DNA of 64,000 nucleotides, from the NCBI GenBank assembly GCA_016699875.1, contig CP064989.1:10631-74630 (forward strand), written 5' to 3'. The DNA is from Candidatus Moraniibacteriota bacterium. Its GTDB lineage: Bacteria > Patescibacteriota > Minisyncoccia > Moranbacterales > UBA1568. Positions within the stretch are counted from its first letter, which is position 1, and each line of letters starts with the position of its first letter. Below the pieces are notes generated by a model, which ran no database searches, had not been told where the DNA came from, and was given only the letters and a program-made list of their open reading frames with translations. Shown here piece after piece: positions 37,152 through 46,892 of the stretch. The position numbers were made by a program, and so were the translations under genes.

Positions 37152-37505
37152 ATGTCAGATATTCAAAGCATCTTTGATCATTTGAGTGAAATGAAGAAAG
37201 AGCAAAAAGAAATAAAAAAAGAGTACCGGGACATACTTGCGCAAAACCTCGATTACGAAAAAGCAATTGAAGAGCTCGAAAAAACTCGAGAAAAAAAGTC
37301 TACCCTCGAACAAAAAGCCAAAGATTCTCTCGGCAAGCGCTACGAACGATACGAGGAACTCGCAGATGAAATCAAAGCTAATCAAGAAATGTTGTCAGAT
37401 ATGGCTATGACAACGCTTATGGATGGAAAAACAGTTGAAGCTGTCGATGAGTACGGCAACAAATACGAACCAATTTTTGCAGTTCGCTTCAAGAAGCAGG
37501 GATAG
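37152..37505 (+). CDS. Hypothetical charged coiled-coil protein
   Basis: 117 aa, rich in K/E. Confidence 0.4.
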   Translation: MSDIQSIFDHLSEMKKEQKEIKKEYRDILAQNLDYEKAIEELEKTREKKSTLEQKAKDSLGKRYERYEELADEIKANQEMLSDMAMTTLMDGKTVEAVDEYGNKYEPIFAVRFKKQG

Positions 37506-37829
37506 GGATAGGGGGAAATTCCCAACTCCTTCAAAAGGTGTAAGATGTAGCGCACCAGTTACTTTTATATTAAGTATGTCGCATAATGTAAGTTATGCGA
37601 CATATACATAACAAACAGCTGCTTCAAAAATCTAAGTCCTTTATATATATCACGCTTCTCTACTACCAAACTACCAACTTTCCTGGATTTTCTTGGATTT
37701 TTTTTAGATACACAACAAAAACAAGAACAAGCCTCTCTGTAAATCTGTAAATACTGTAAATAAATGAGTAAACGACTTGTTGGCGATATTTTTTTGTGCA
37801 TCTTTTCTTCTGGTTTCTTCGGTGTATAT

Positions 37830-37869
37830 ACGCAAGGGAAGACCTCTCCCAGGGTATAATGTTATAATA
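37830..37869 (+). promoter_or_regulatory. Candidate promoter with tandem TATAAT boxes, 8-17 nt upstream of the 37878 start (short-leader or leaderless)
   Basis: 'cagggtataatgttataatatcgggtat ATG'. Confidence 0.35.
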
Positions 37870-37877
37870 TCGGGTAT

Positions 37878-39710
37878 ATGGTGGACATACATGAGAAGAA
37901 ACAGACAACCTCTTCCCCGCTTTTATTGTCCGAATCAGACGCCTCAATCGTTGAGCGAATTTCAGGAGCTTGGATAGCATTTCTCTTCGGAGCATTCCTT
38001 TTGGCTATAGGCGGGAAATTCACCGATAATACAATTCTTTTTCTTTCTCTTGCTGTAGTGACAGGCGCACTTATAGCGCTCCGGAAACTACGCCCATCGA
38101 AGAAATTCGCACTGGTCAGTGTAGCGATCTTTTTCTTCATCTTCAGTACCTCTTTTTCGCCCTCCCCTTCCGCATCTGTTTTTTCGGGACGTGACCAAGG
38201 ATCGTATGCAGAAGCAGCTATTCGACTTGCACACGAACATTCATTGCACTCATATACCCCCTCTGTTGAAAGAAACTTCTTCCGCCTCTACGGAACTGGG
38301 AAGGCTCTCAATTTCCCGGGATTTTTCTTCGCTCCGGATGGGTCACTCGTTACGCAATTTCCGCTTGGAAATATCGCTTGGTTTGGAGCAAACATTTCAC
38401 TGTTCGGCATAGCTGGACTCTCCATTGCCAATGCGTTTACGCTTTTCATATCACTTCTCGTCCTTTTTACCCTCCTATGGAGATTCTTGCCATTCCAATT
38501 CGCCGTCGGAGGAGTGGCTATTGCCGCACTTTCGTTCCCCTTCATATGGATACAAGAGCAGACATTGAGTGAAAATCTCGCACTCCCTCTCTTCCTCATA
38601 CTCTCCTTCTGTGCCGTCTTATTCCTGAATCAACCGAGACGATGGACATACTTGCTGGCCCTATCGTCATCGGTATTTCTTTGCCTGACCCGCATAGAAG
38701 GTTTTGCGATTCTCGTGGCCGTGGCAACCCTCTTTCTTTCCCGGGGAAGCTCTCGGAAATACATCCTCACACATTGGCCCACAACAATCCTGTTTGCACT
38801 AGTCGTAACCGGAGCCGTTATTGGTGTGGATATTTTCTTTAACACACCCTTCTATAAAACAATAGGAAAAGCCGCTACCGAATCATCCGCCAATACTTCG
38901 CAGGTGATCCCCTCATTTATTTCCTCGGCATTACATTCGATTGTACACGTATCAAGTGTATTCTGGACATACGGGATAATCTCAGTAACATCGCTTTCGC
39001 TCCTCGGCATCGTGTTTCTTTTCAAAAAACGGGAGCATCTCAAGCTCGTACCCTTCTGGTTGGCACTGCCGACATTTGCCTACATTTTCAGTCCCCAGAT
39101 ATCCTCGGACCATCCCTGGATGCTCCGGCGATTTGTATTTGCATTCTGGCCGACTGTTGTCATATTAGCTATCTTCGCACTCGCGCAGTTGCAAAGATAC
39201 TTCAAGAATCGCTACCCGGAGAAAATTATATTCAGGCCGACCATTTTCTCGGCTCTATTCAGTACACTCCTCATTCTCCCTGCAATCCCTGCGACCGCGC
39301 CAAGACTTTTTTTTGCTGAGAATAGAAATTTACTCGCCGATGTCGAAACGCTTTCAAACAACTTCTCCGATCATGATCTTGTGCTTGTTGATCGTATGTC
39401 ATCCGGAGATCCATTCTCAATTATTGCCGACCCCATGAGTACTTTGTTTGGGAAGAATGCTGTGTACTTCTTTAATCCGAGTGATCTCTCGAACATTGAC
39501 ACGGATCAATTCGAACATATATACCTCATTGCCCGAGATGGAGATGAGATAGCATATCAGACAGCTTTTAAACACCGGTTCGAATTACAAAAGATTCATC
39601 CGTATACACTGCGGACATCCCTCTTCAGTCGCGAAACCGACTCCTCTCGATTATCAGTTCGAAATGATGCCATCGTATCAGGATCGATATTTCTTGTTGT
39701 GCCAAAATGA
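37878..39710 (+). CDS. Multi-TM membrane protein, putative GT-C fold glycosyltransferase (ArnT-like motif 'RDQGSYAEAAIRLA')
   Basis: More than 10 TM helices. The first loop holds 'SGRDQGSYAEAAIRLA', which resembles the ArnT DEXRYAE motif with E->Q as in the 15722-23272 paralogs. Followed by 'QFPLGN'. Confidence 0.5.
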   Translation: MVDIHEKKQTTSSPLLLSESDASIVERISGAWIAFLFGAFLLAIGGKFTDNTILFLSLAVVTGALIALRKLRPSKKFALVSVAIFFFIFSTSFSPSPSASVFSGRDQGSYAEAAIRLAHEHSLHSYTPSVERNFFRLYGTGKALNFPGFFFAPDGSLVTQFPLGNIAWFGANISLFGIAGLSIANAFTLFISLLVLFTLLWRFLPFQFAVGGVAIAALSFPFIWIQEQTLSENLALPLFLILSFCAVLFLNQPRRWTYLLALSSSVFLCLTRIEGFAILVAVATLFLSRGSSRKYILTHWPTTILFALVVTGAVIGVDIFFNTPFYKTIGKAATESSANTSQVIPSFISSALHSIVHVSSVFWTYGIISVTSLSLLGIVFLFKKREHLKLVPFWLALPTFAYIFSPQISSDHPWMLRRFVFAFWPTVVILAIFALAQLQRYFKNRYPEKIIFRPTIFSALFSTLLILPAIPATAPRLFFAENRNLLADVETLSNNFSDHDLVLVDRMSSGDPFSIIADPMSTLFGKNAVYFFNPSDLSNIDTDQFEHIYLIARDGDEIAYQTAFKHRFELQKIHPYTLRTSLFSRETDSSRLSVRNDAIVSGSIFLVVPK

Positions 39711-39770
39711 GCAATGAGCGTCTCGCCGTTTAGTCCGCGAGTATGCGGAAAAGAACTATAATAAAACTTT

Positions 39771-41126
39771 ATGTTAAAGAATCGTCTTGGAAAGCCCTGG
39801 AAAAGGCTCTACATGGCTCTTCGCGCAATGTTGTGGGGAGCTTTTCTCGCAAGTATGGCACTATTCGCTTTTTCGATACTTTTCCCATCGCAAGACCTCT
39901 CCTATACTTTCTCGGATTCTAAAACCGGAGGTAATGAAATTGAACGACCGCGGACAGATGCCGGAGATACTCGAGAGAGTGGGCGCCTCCGCAAAGGAGA
40001 GACTCTCGTTTTAGATGCATCGGTTCTTGGTGATTTTTCCCATGCAAGAGTAAGCATTTCCGGGAAAGACACTTCTGATAATCAAGCAATGGAAAATATT
40101 CGTATTACAGCAAAACGCTCGCAGCAAGCATTTTTTTACCCAAAAGGACCCTCGGCAACCTTCCCTTCGGGAACACTCATGAAACACCATGAGGAAATAT
40201 TTCTTGTAGGATCCGACGGATTGAGACATCGATTCGATTCAGAGAAAGACGCTGCGTTATGGGGATACGATACGAGTACGTTCCTCTCGGTTTCCGACGA
40301 AGAGCTCCTTGCCAATTCGGAAGGAGATGCCCTGCCCAGTCCTCTTCACACAGGCATCGACGAATCATTACCCGATGGGGCATTTATTCGATCAGACGAC
40401 ACCTACTATGCTTGGAAGAACGGTATGCTCTATCCATTTGTTAGCACTGGCGCATTCCTCGAGCAATTCCCGGAGAAGTGGGCGCTCATCCGAGAGAACA
40501 CCTTCATAAAGAACCACGCCATCTCCGATGAATGGATTGGCTATCCAAGCGGATCTTTGCTCGCTTGGGGAGACGGTGTTTTCATTATGGACGGTTCTTC
40601 GCCACGACCCGTTCTTGGAGCAGATATCTTTCTCTCCTTGGGTTACTCTTGGGATGATGTCCGTACGGTAAGCGATGAGGAGATTAGTCTGGAACAAAAA
40701 GGGAAATTTGTTGATATAAGTGTTCCACAACCGGATGGAACTGTCTTCATGGACACGGACGAGCATCGCTACTTCCTCGTCCAAGGCGAGACACTCCGGG
40801 AAATACATGGGGAATCGATGCTTCATATGTGGCTTGGCAAAAGACACCCCGTACTTGTTTCTTCCAAGGACTCTGGTAGGAATGCTTCTTGCACACTAAC
40901 CAAAGCGTCGATCTTTTCTACAAGTACGATGGCGTGCTCGATCCCACTTGAGAGTTTTGCTAATATACGCGGAGATACCTATGAACTCTCCTTTTTAACA
41001 AACAAAGAAATTGCTCTTGATCGAATGGACATTGTCTTCGAGAGTTCCCTAAAAGAACAAACTCTCGTCACAACTCTTTCAAAACTCAAATCAAGAATAC
41101 TCTCACGATACCTTCCCTCTCAATAA
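39771..41126 (+). CDS. Hypothetical N-terminally anchored extracytoplasmic protein
   Basis: A TM/signal-anchor segment, then a 400-aa domain without recognisable motifs. Confidence 0.45.
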   Translation: MLKNRLGKPWKRLYMALRAMLWGAFLASMALFAFSILFPSQDLSYTFSDSKTGGNEIERPRTDAGDTRESGRLRKGETLVLDASVLGDFSHARVSISGKDTSDNQAMENIRITAKRSQQAFFYPKGPSATFPSGTLMKHHEEIFLVGSDGLRHRFDSEKDAALWGYDTSTFLSVSDEELLANSEGDALPSPLHTGIDESLPDGAFIRSDDTYYAWKNGMLYPFVSTGAFLEQFPEKWALIRENTFIKNHAISDEWIGYPSGSLLAWGDGVFIMDGSSPRPVLGADIFLSLGYSWDDVRTVSDEEISLEQKGKFVDISVPQPDGTVFMDTDEHRYFLVQGETLREIHGESMLHMWLGKRHPVLVSSKDSGRNASCTLTKASIFSTSTMACSIPLESFANIRGDTYELSFLTNKEIALDRMDIVFESSLKEQTLVTTLSKLKSRILSRYLPSQ

Positions 41127-41198
41127 AATAAAAATGCGCGGAAAGGCAAGAAGAACACATATACAAGAGTGAAATTCTAAGAATTCAACGAAAGAATT

Positions 41199-41705
41199 AT
41201 GGGTGGCGAAAAAAACACAAAGAGAAAAGATATGGCAGATACAACATTGCTCTCTTTGGTAAAAAAAATAATTAAAAAAGAAGAGCTTCGAATAATAGTT
41301 GTGTTGCTCCTACGCGAGACAATTGCACTCTCCCTCTTTTCACTTGCCATTCTTCTTTCACTGGAAAGTCTTCTCCCGGGAACTGTCTCCCTTCGAGAAA
41401 GCATGTTGCTCTTTATCATCGGAATAGCCGGAACACTTCTCGTAGAACGAAAACTCTCCTCTATTCTCAAGCCAGTGTCATCGAGCCGTGAAGGCACATC
41501 TCATCAACTGCCTACTCAAAAAAAACAAACCTTCTTATTCCGGGGATTCATTATCTGGTCAGCATTTCTTCTGGGAAATGCGCTCTTTGGATTCCATCCG
41601 GCCATTATCCTCATTCTTCTCATCATAACCACTCCGCTTCTTGCCATTTTTTTCGATATCACATTTGGAAAAACCGGGAAAATCAGTGAAATGCTCCCGA
41701 AATAA
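41199..41705 (+). CDS. Hypothetical small membrane protein (3-4 TM)
   Basis: Hydropathy only. Confidence 0.4.
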   Translation: MGGEKNTKRKDMADTTLLSLVKKIIKKEELRIIVVLLLRETIALSLFSLAILLSLESLLPGTVSLRESMLLFIIGIAGTLLVERKLSSILKPVSSSREGTSHQLPTQKKQTFLFRGFIIWSAFLLGNALFGFHPAIILILLIITTPLLAIFFDITFGKTGKISEMLPK

Positions 41706-41797
41706 TCCAATTAGATTAAACGAGATACAATTTTCCCTCCCTATCTCTCTTCTCTGACACTTGTTCGCATCTGGTTTAGAAATTTTCGAGAAAAGTG

Positions 41798-42928
41798 CTA
41801 CCGGATAATCCATTCTGCCGTCTCCTGAGCGCACTGATCCCAAGAAAATTTTCGGAGTTGGCCCTTCCCCTTCTCGATAAGAGATTCTCGCTCCTGTTCA
41901 TTGGACCAGAGCTGAGAAAACGCATCTGCCAACGCATCGCATCGAGCAGATTCAAAGAATCGGGCGGCGTTGCCGGCCACTTCCGGAAGGCTTGAATTGT
42001 TAGCACATACGACAGGCACACCAAAAGAAAACGCTTCCAATATTGGAAGTCCGAATCCCTCATACAATGATGGGTAGGCGAATATTTTCGCGTGCCTGTA
42101 AAGTGCAGACCGCTCTTCAAAAGACACTTGGCCAGTCATAATGATACGATCACGAAAGGTATGCTGCTCCCTTGCCAGGAATATCGGCTCGCTCATCCAT
42201 GCCGCCTCGCCAGCAAGAACAAGCTTTACCGAAAGGTGTTCCCTTCCGAATACTTCGAATGCATCCATCAAACAAAGGAGATTTTTTCTTGGCTGAAGGG
42301 CGCCGACATATAGAATATATTCTCCGGAAGAGAGATGAAATCTTTCCAGGGTACTCGCACCTCTGTTTATTCCATCATCGTCACGTGCTGCTACGCCACT
42401 CTGCATCGCATTGTCAAAGCCGTGATGAATAACGCGGATTTTCTGTTCGGAAACTTGCGGATACCAGCGAATAATATCTCGTTTCGTTGATTCTGAGATA
42501 GCGATAAGCCGCGTCGAATTCCGAACAGCAAAATCCGTCAGCCAATTCAGCTTCCGAACATCGCGGGGCGGGAAATGTTCCGGAAATAGCTTGAAAGCAA
42601 GATCATGAATCGTCACTACCGATTCAACTCCTCGCGGACGAAAAACCGGAAGCGCCTGCACGGGCATAAACAGGCGATCGGGACGAAATCGGAATATCTC
42701 CCATGCGAAACGCGTATGTGTCCAGGCGATCGGAAAAGGAACAGCATGAATATGGTAGTTCCCAAATAACGGTGGGACTAGATTCACATTGAAGTCAGCG
42801 CGATGAAAGAGGTGCCATATCTCATCTGGGAACATCAATCCGAAACGCTCGAGAAGTCGCAGAATATAAACTCGCGTCCCATCAATGCGTTCAGCATCAA
42901 GGTCAGCCGCCTGAATGGCAATCCGCAT
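41798..42928 (-). CDS. GT4 family glycosyltransferase
   Basis: 'YEGFGLPILEAFSFGVPVVCANNSSLPEV' is the GT4 (EX7E) motif region. Confidence 0.8.
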   Translation of the reverse strand: MRIAIQAADLDAERIDGTRVYILRLLERFGLMFPDEIWHLFHRADFNVNLVPPLFGNYHIHAVPFPIAWTHTRFAWEIFRFRPDRLFMPVQALPVFRPRGVESVVTIHDLAFKLFPEHFPPRDVRKLNWLTDFAVRNSTRLIAISESTKRDIIRWYPQVSEQKIRVIHHGFDNAMQSGVAARDDDGINRGASTLERFHLSSGEYILYVGALQPRKNLLCLMDAFEVFGREHLSVKLVLAGEAAWMSEPIFLAREQHTFRDRIIMTGQVSFEERSALYRHAKIFAYPSLYEGFGLPILEAFSFGVPVVCANNSSLPEVAGNAARFFESARCDALADAFSQLWSNEQERESLIEKGKGQLRKFSWDQCAQETAEWIIR

Positions 42929-42943
42929 AGAGGAGAGTCTTTA

Positions 42944-43648
42944 TCATCGGATCGTTGTACCAATAAAATCCCCACCGAGAAAATATCGTTCAAGATTGCC
43001 GATATCCAAACCATTCATAACGACAACAGAGAATCCTTCTTCCTCAGCAAGTTTCGAAGCAACCGGATCAAAAGGCGCGCTCATGCCCGGACTCCACGTA
43101 TCTCCTACCAGCCCGCGAAACACCGGCCATGTGAGATGATTAAAGCGTTGCGCATCAGCATTCTCTCGAGGATCAGCATTGTAGACTCCATCCGTATTTG
43201 AGAGGTTGATAATCGTCTTGAAGTCGAGATATTTTGCCAAGACAGTTGCAATATAATCCGTGGAAAATCCCGGCCTCCATCCACCAGCCACAATAATCGG
43301 CTCTTTCACCTGGTAAAAGTCTTCGAGATCATGCGGATTGGTATTGATGCGCGGATGCGCCCACTCACGGAAAATCGTGCGCAGGAAATGCGCATTCATA
43401 CGTGTCGCATGGATGCCAAGCCAGTCTTGGTCATCATTTTCAATGGAGTGAACTCTCGAAGCGGCTTCGATATAGTTGCGCGCAGTTCGTCCGCCGCCAA
43501 CGACCAATATAAACGAATAGCCCTCTTGTACTCGATCCACAATACAATCATGAAACCGCTTGACAAAATCCGTATCAATACCGCCATCAGGAACAACGAG
43601 TGATCCGCCGACAGAGATGAGAAATCGTTTCGATTGATCGTGTTTCAT
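42944..43648 (-). CDS. pyrH: UMP kinase (archaeal-type uridylate kinase)
   Basis: 'FLISVGGS', 'LVVGGGRTARNYIE', 'VAGGWRPGFSTDYIATVLA' and 'NTDGVYNADPR'. The start overlaps the proS stop by 4 nt. Confidence 0.7.
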   Translation of the reverse strand: MKHDQSKRFLISVGGSLVVPDGGIDTDFVKRFHDCIVDRVQEGYSFILVVGGGRTARNYIEAASRVHSIENDDQDWLGIHATRMNAHFLRTIFREWAHPRINTNPHDLEDFYQVKEPIIVAGGWRPGFSTDYIATVLAKYLDFKTIINLSNTDGVYNADPRENADAQRFNHLTWPVFRGLVGDTWSPGMSAPFDPVASKLAEEEGFSVVVMNGLDIGNLERYFLGGDFIGTTIR

Positions 43649-44937
43649 GCTCGTGTTGTATTGTGAACAAACATGCTCAGAGCTTTTTCAAGAGAAAGAA
43701 CGGTTGTTTCCTCATCTGTCCGCCGCTTCATTTCCGCGCCGCCATGCTCAAGCGATCGCTTCGAAACTACCAACCGATACGGCATGCCCAGCAAGTCGCT
43801 GTCACCGAATTTCTCACCAGCGCTTACATCGCGATCATCGTACAGTATATCGATGCCATGGGCAGTAAGTTTTTCATACCACTCGCCTGCTTCTTTGTTC
43901 GCTCCAAGCGAAATAAGGTGCACCCGAAACGGCGCCACACTCTCCGGCCAGACAATTCCTTTCTCATCGGAGAGCAACTCAACAATCGTTCCCAAGAGTC
44001 GGGTTGGCCCAATGCCATAACTTCCCATTACAACCGGCTTTGAGATACCGTTCTCATCGATATACAACAGGCCCAATGCTTCAGAAAATCGAGTGCCAAG
44101 TTTAAAGATATTTCCTACTTCAATGGATTTTACCTGCTCAAGATCATCCTTCTGAAGACCGAGATCGCGCAGCACTTCTTCCGTATATACCTCTTCATTC
44201 ACCGCTATACCTTTTGCTTTCGACAAATAAATAGTATCTTCACCGGCATCGCTTACAGCCTGGAACTCATGGCTGTATTTGGAAAACACTCCGCCGCTCG
44301 CAAATGTCTTGAATGTTAAACTGCCAATGCCGACTCGTGCGAATATTTTCGCATACGATTCAGCGCATCGACCATAGAATATATCGAGGTCCTCCTCTGT
44401 TGCACTAAAAGAATACAGGTCCTTCATTAAGAACTCTCGTCCGCGCATGATGCCGCTCTTTGCTCGTTCCTCGTTCCGAAATTTTGTCTGAATCTGATAC
44501 GGATACGCCGGGAGATCGCGATAGGACGAAATATGCTGTCTCATAATCGCCGTGATCGCTTCTTCGTGGGTAAAGCCAAGTCCAAGTTCCGATCCACTCC
44601 TCAGCGTTGTCTTAAACCAATTGTCCACGATGGCATCATCCCATCGTTGTGTCTTCTGCCATAATTCCGGATTTTGAAGTGCTGTCAGAAGCACTTCGCG
44701 ACCGCCGATCATCTCTATCTCATCTCGGATAATCTGCTCGATATTTCGAAGAGTCCGCAAACCAAGTGGCAGAAACGAATATACGCCTGCCATTTCTTTG
44801 TGAACAAACCCGGCACGAATCAAAAGTTGCGCATTACGACTCACTTCGTCCGCTGGGTTCTCTTTGCGGGTCTTCGTAAAAAGTTCAGAGTGTCTCATAG
44901 GTGTAGAAAACGCTTTCATATCCCCTGTTCTTCCCAA
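43645..44937 (-). CDS. proS: Proline--tRNA ligase, short bacterial-type form without the INS editing domain
   Basis: 'QLLIRAGFVHKEMAGVYSFLPLG' and 'QIQTKFRNEERAKSGIMRGREFLMKDLYSF' (class II motif 2), plus a C-terminal anticodon-binding domain. Confidence 0.8.
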   Translation of the reverse strand: MGRTGDMKAFSTPMRHSELFTKTRKENPADEVSRNAQLLIRAGFVHKEMAGVYSFLPLGLRTLRNIEQIIRDEIEMIGGREVLLTALQNPELWQKTQRWDDAIVDNWFKTTLRSGSELGLGFTHEEAITAIMRQHISSYRDLPAYPYQIQTKFRNEERAKSGIMRGREFLMKDLYSFSATEEDLDIFYGRCAESYAKIFARVGIGSLTFKTFASGGVFSKYSHEFQAVSDAGEDTIYLSKAKGIAVNEEVYTEEVLRDLGLQKDDLEQVKSIEVGNIFKLGTRFSEALGLLYIDENGISKPVVMGSYGIGPTRLLGTIVELLSDEKGIVWPESVAPFRVHLISLGANKEAGEWYEKLTAHGIDILYDDRDVSAGEKFGDSDLLGMPYRLVVSKRSLEHGGAEMKRRTDEETTVLSLEKALSMFVHNTTRA

Positions 44938-45019
44938 GAGTACACTAATTATGGTACACTGGCAATCTCCTCTGCTTTTGATTTTTCATGCTCGAATTAT
45001 TTACAACGCCAAAAAAATT

Positions 45020-45934
45020 ATGGCTATCATTTCCGTACAGCATCTCTCAAAAACATACGATTCCGGACTTCACGCACTTCGAGATGTCTCGATTGATATC
45101 CGTTCTGGAGAAATCTTTGCCCTCCTCGGACCAAATGGCGCCGGGAAAACCACGCTTATCGGTATCATCACCGGACTCGTCACTAAAACATCAGGCAGCG
45201 TATTAGTCGATGGCAAAGATATCGAAAAAGACTATCGCTACACACGGAGTCTCATCGGATTCGTCCCGCAAGAAATCTCTCTCGATATTTTCCTCTCCGT
45301 CGAGCAAATTCTCAAAAACCAACGCGGCTTCTATGGGAAACCGGCAAACCCAGCACTCCTCGAGCGCATCATGCGCGATCTCTCGCTCTGGGACAAGCGC
45401 CACGCGGAAGTCCGCTCGCTTTCCGGTGGTATGAAGCGACGAGTACTTATTGCCAAAGCACTTACGAATGAGCCAAAAATTCTCTTTCTTGATGAGCCGA
45501 CCGCTGGCGTCGATGTCGATCTTCGCAAAGATATGTGGGAGCAAGTGCAAAAGCTCCGCGCATCCGGCACCACCATCATTCTCACGACACACTATATCGA
45601 AGAAGCTGAACTCCTCGCCGATCGAATTGGCGTCATCAACGAAGGCAAGCTCATATTGGTCGAAGAAAAAGAAACACTCATGAAAAAAATGGGTGAAAAG
45701 ACGCTTATTGTCCAGCTTAAAAAACCACTGGAAGCTATTCCGCCCACAATTGTCAGCCCTCGACTCTCACTTTCCGAGGACAGACGATCCCTCTCATTGC
45801 AGTATTCCTCCGAAGAGCCGACTGTCTTCCCTTTTCTGCAAGCACTCGAAAAACACAGTATTTCCGCATCCGATATAACCACAACCGAAACTTCACTCGA
45901 AGAAATATTCGTCACACTCATTGAAAAAAAATAA
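45020..45934 (+). CDS. ABC transporter ATP-binding protein (ABC-2 exporter type)
   Basis: 'GPNGAGKTT', 'LSGGMKRRVLIAKAL', 'LFLDEPTAGVD'. Start trimmed to 'MAIISVQH'. Confidence 0.85.
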   Translation: MAIISVQHLSKTYDSGLHALRDVSIDIRSGEIFALLGPNGAGKTTLIGIITGLVTKTSGSVLVDGKDIEKDYRYTRSLIGFVPQEISLDIFLSVEQILKNQRGFYGKPANPALLERIMRDLSLWDKRHAEVRSLSGGMKRRVLIAKALTNEPKILFLDEPTAGVDVDLRKDMWEQVQKLRASGTTIILTTHYIEEAELLADRIGVINEGKLILVEEKETLMKKMGEKTLIVQLKKPLEAIPPTIVSPRLSLSEDRRSLSLQYSSEEPTVFPFLQALEKHSISASDITTTETSLEEIFVTLIEKK

Positions 45935-45947
45935 CATCCATATTATG

Positions 45948-46706
45948 AATTGGATCGGATTCAAAACTATCTTCATGAAAGAAGTTGGGAGATCGAAAGA
46001 TGTTCTCGTCCAAGCGTTTCTCTCACCAGTCATCACGACGCTTCTCTATTTTCTCGTCTTCGGCAGCGCGATCGGCGGCAATATCAAACCGATTCACGGC
46101 GTGCCCTACGATCACTTCATCGTACCGGGACTCATCATGATGGCACTTCTCATGAACTCTCTCATGGCGGCATCGAGTGGCATCTATTTCCCTCGCTTCA
46201 TTGGCACCATGAGCGATCTTCTGACTTCCCCTCTCTCCTATCTCGAGATCGTGATGGGATTTGCACTTTCCGCAGCCGCCCGCGCACTCGCCATTGGCAT
46301 CACCATATTCGTCATCTCCTGGATTATTACCGGCATCACGGTCGCTCATGTTGTTTTCACTCTCATCTTCGGACTCCTCACCGCGCTCACGTTTGCCCTA
46401 CTCGGACTCGTCCTTGGCATTTGGGCGAAGGACTTCGAACAGCTCAGCATGGTCCCGACACTCCTCCTCACCCCGCTCACTTTTTTGGGCGGCATCTTCT
46501 ATTCGGCAAACATGCTTCCGCCGATGTGGCAAAACGTCACAAAGGCGAATCCGGTTTTCTACATGATTGACGGCTTGCGATGGGGCTTCTTCGGCGTCTC
46601 CGACACCGATCCGATCATAAGCCTCGTCATCACCGGCGCCGTCCTCACGCTCTCCATACTCATCCTTCGCCGAATGTTCCAAACCGGCTATCGACTGAAA
46701 TCGTAA
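45948..46706 (+). CDS. ABC-2 family transporter permease
   Basis: Six TM helices. Directly follows the ATPase. Confidence 0.75.
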   Translation, partial: NWIGFKTIFMKEVGRSKDVLVQAFLSPVITTLLYFLVFGSAIGGNIKPIHGVPYDHFIVPGLIMMALLMNSLMAASSGIYFPRFIGTMSDLLTSPLSYLEIVMGFALSAAARALAIGITIFVISWIITGITVAHVVFTLIFGLLTALTFALLGLVLGIWAKDFEQLSMVPTLLLTPLTFLGGIFYSANMLPPMWQNVTKANPVFYMIDGLRWGFFGVSDTDPIISLVITGAVLTLSILILRRMFQTGYRLKS

Positions 46707-46756
46707 ACTTGAGAGAGATATCTACCCCTCATTCCTGGAAAGATTTCAATCTTTCG

Positions 46757-46870
46757 GAAGGGGGTTCTATTTCACCAATTCGTGTTCGCTGCTGGCGAAG
46801 ACGCGGTTAGTAATGAGTGCGTCGCCAACGAGGGCGCCATCCACGATAGTATAATGATAGCAGAGACAAA
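46757..46870 (-). pseudogene. Remnant 3' end of a MacB/LolD-like ATPase gene (encodes '...LSVDGALVGDALITNRVFASSEHELVK*')
   Basis: About 73-85 bp with roughly 93% identity to the 3' end of the intact ATPase gene at 47524-47600. The differences are mostly synonymous. No upstream body remains. Confidence 0.6.
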
Positions 46871-46892
46871 AACCGATCCTCATCAGAGGATT

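Noticed and set aside
45950-46570. 206-aa Arg/His-rich ORF and the antisense 46023-46349 / 46398-46682 ORFs inside the ABC-2 permease gene
   Set aside because: They are alternative frames of a clearly six-TM permease gene. Their composition is the mirror of hydrophobic codons.
46706-46760. Small hairpin (gaaagat-ttca-atctttc) after the ABC-2 permease gene as a terminator
   Set aside because: The stem is short (7 bp), AT-rich and not followed by a T-run. It may be incidental.
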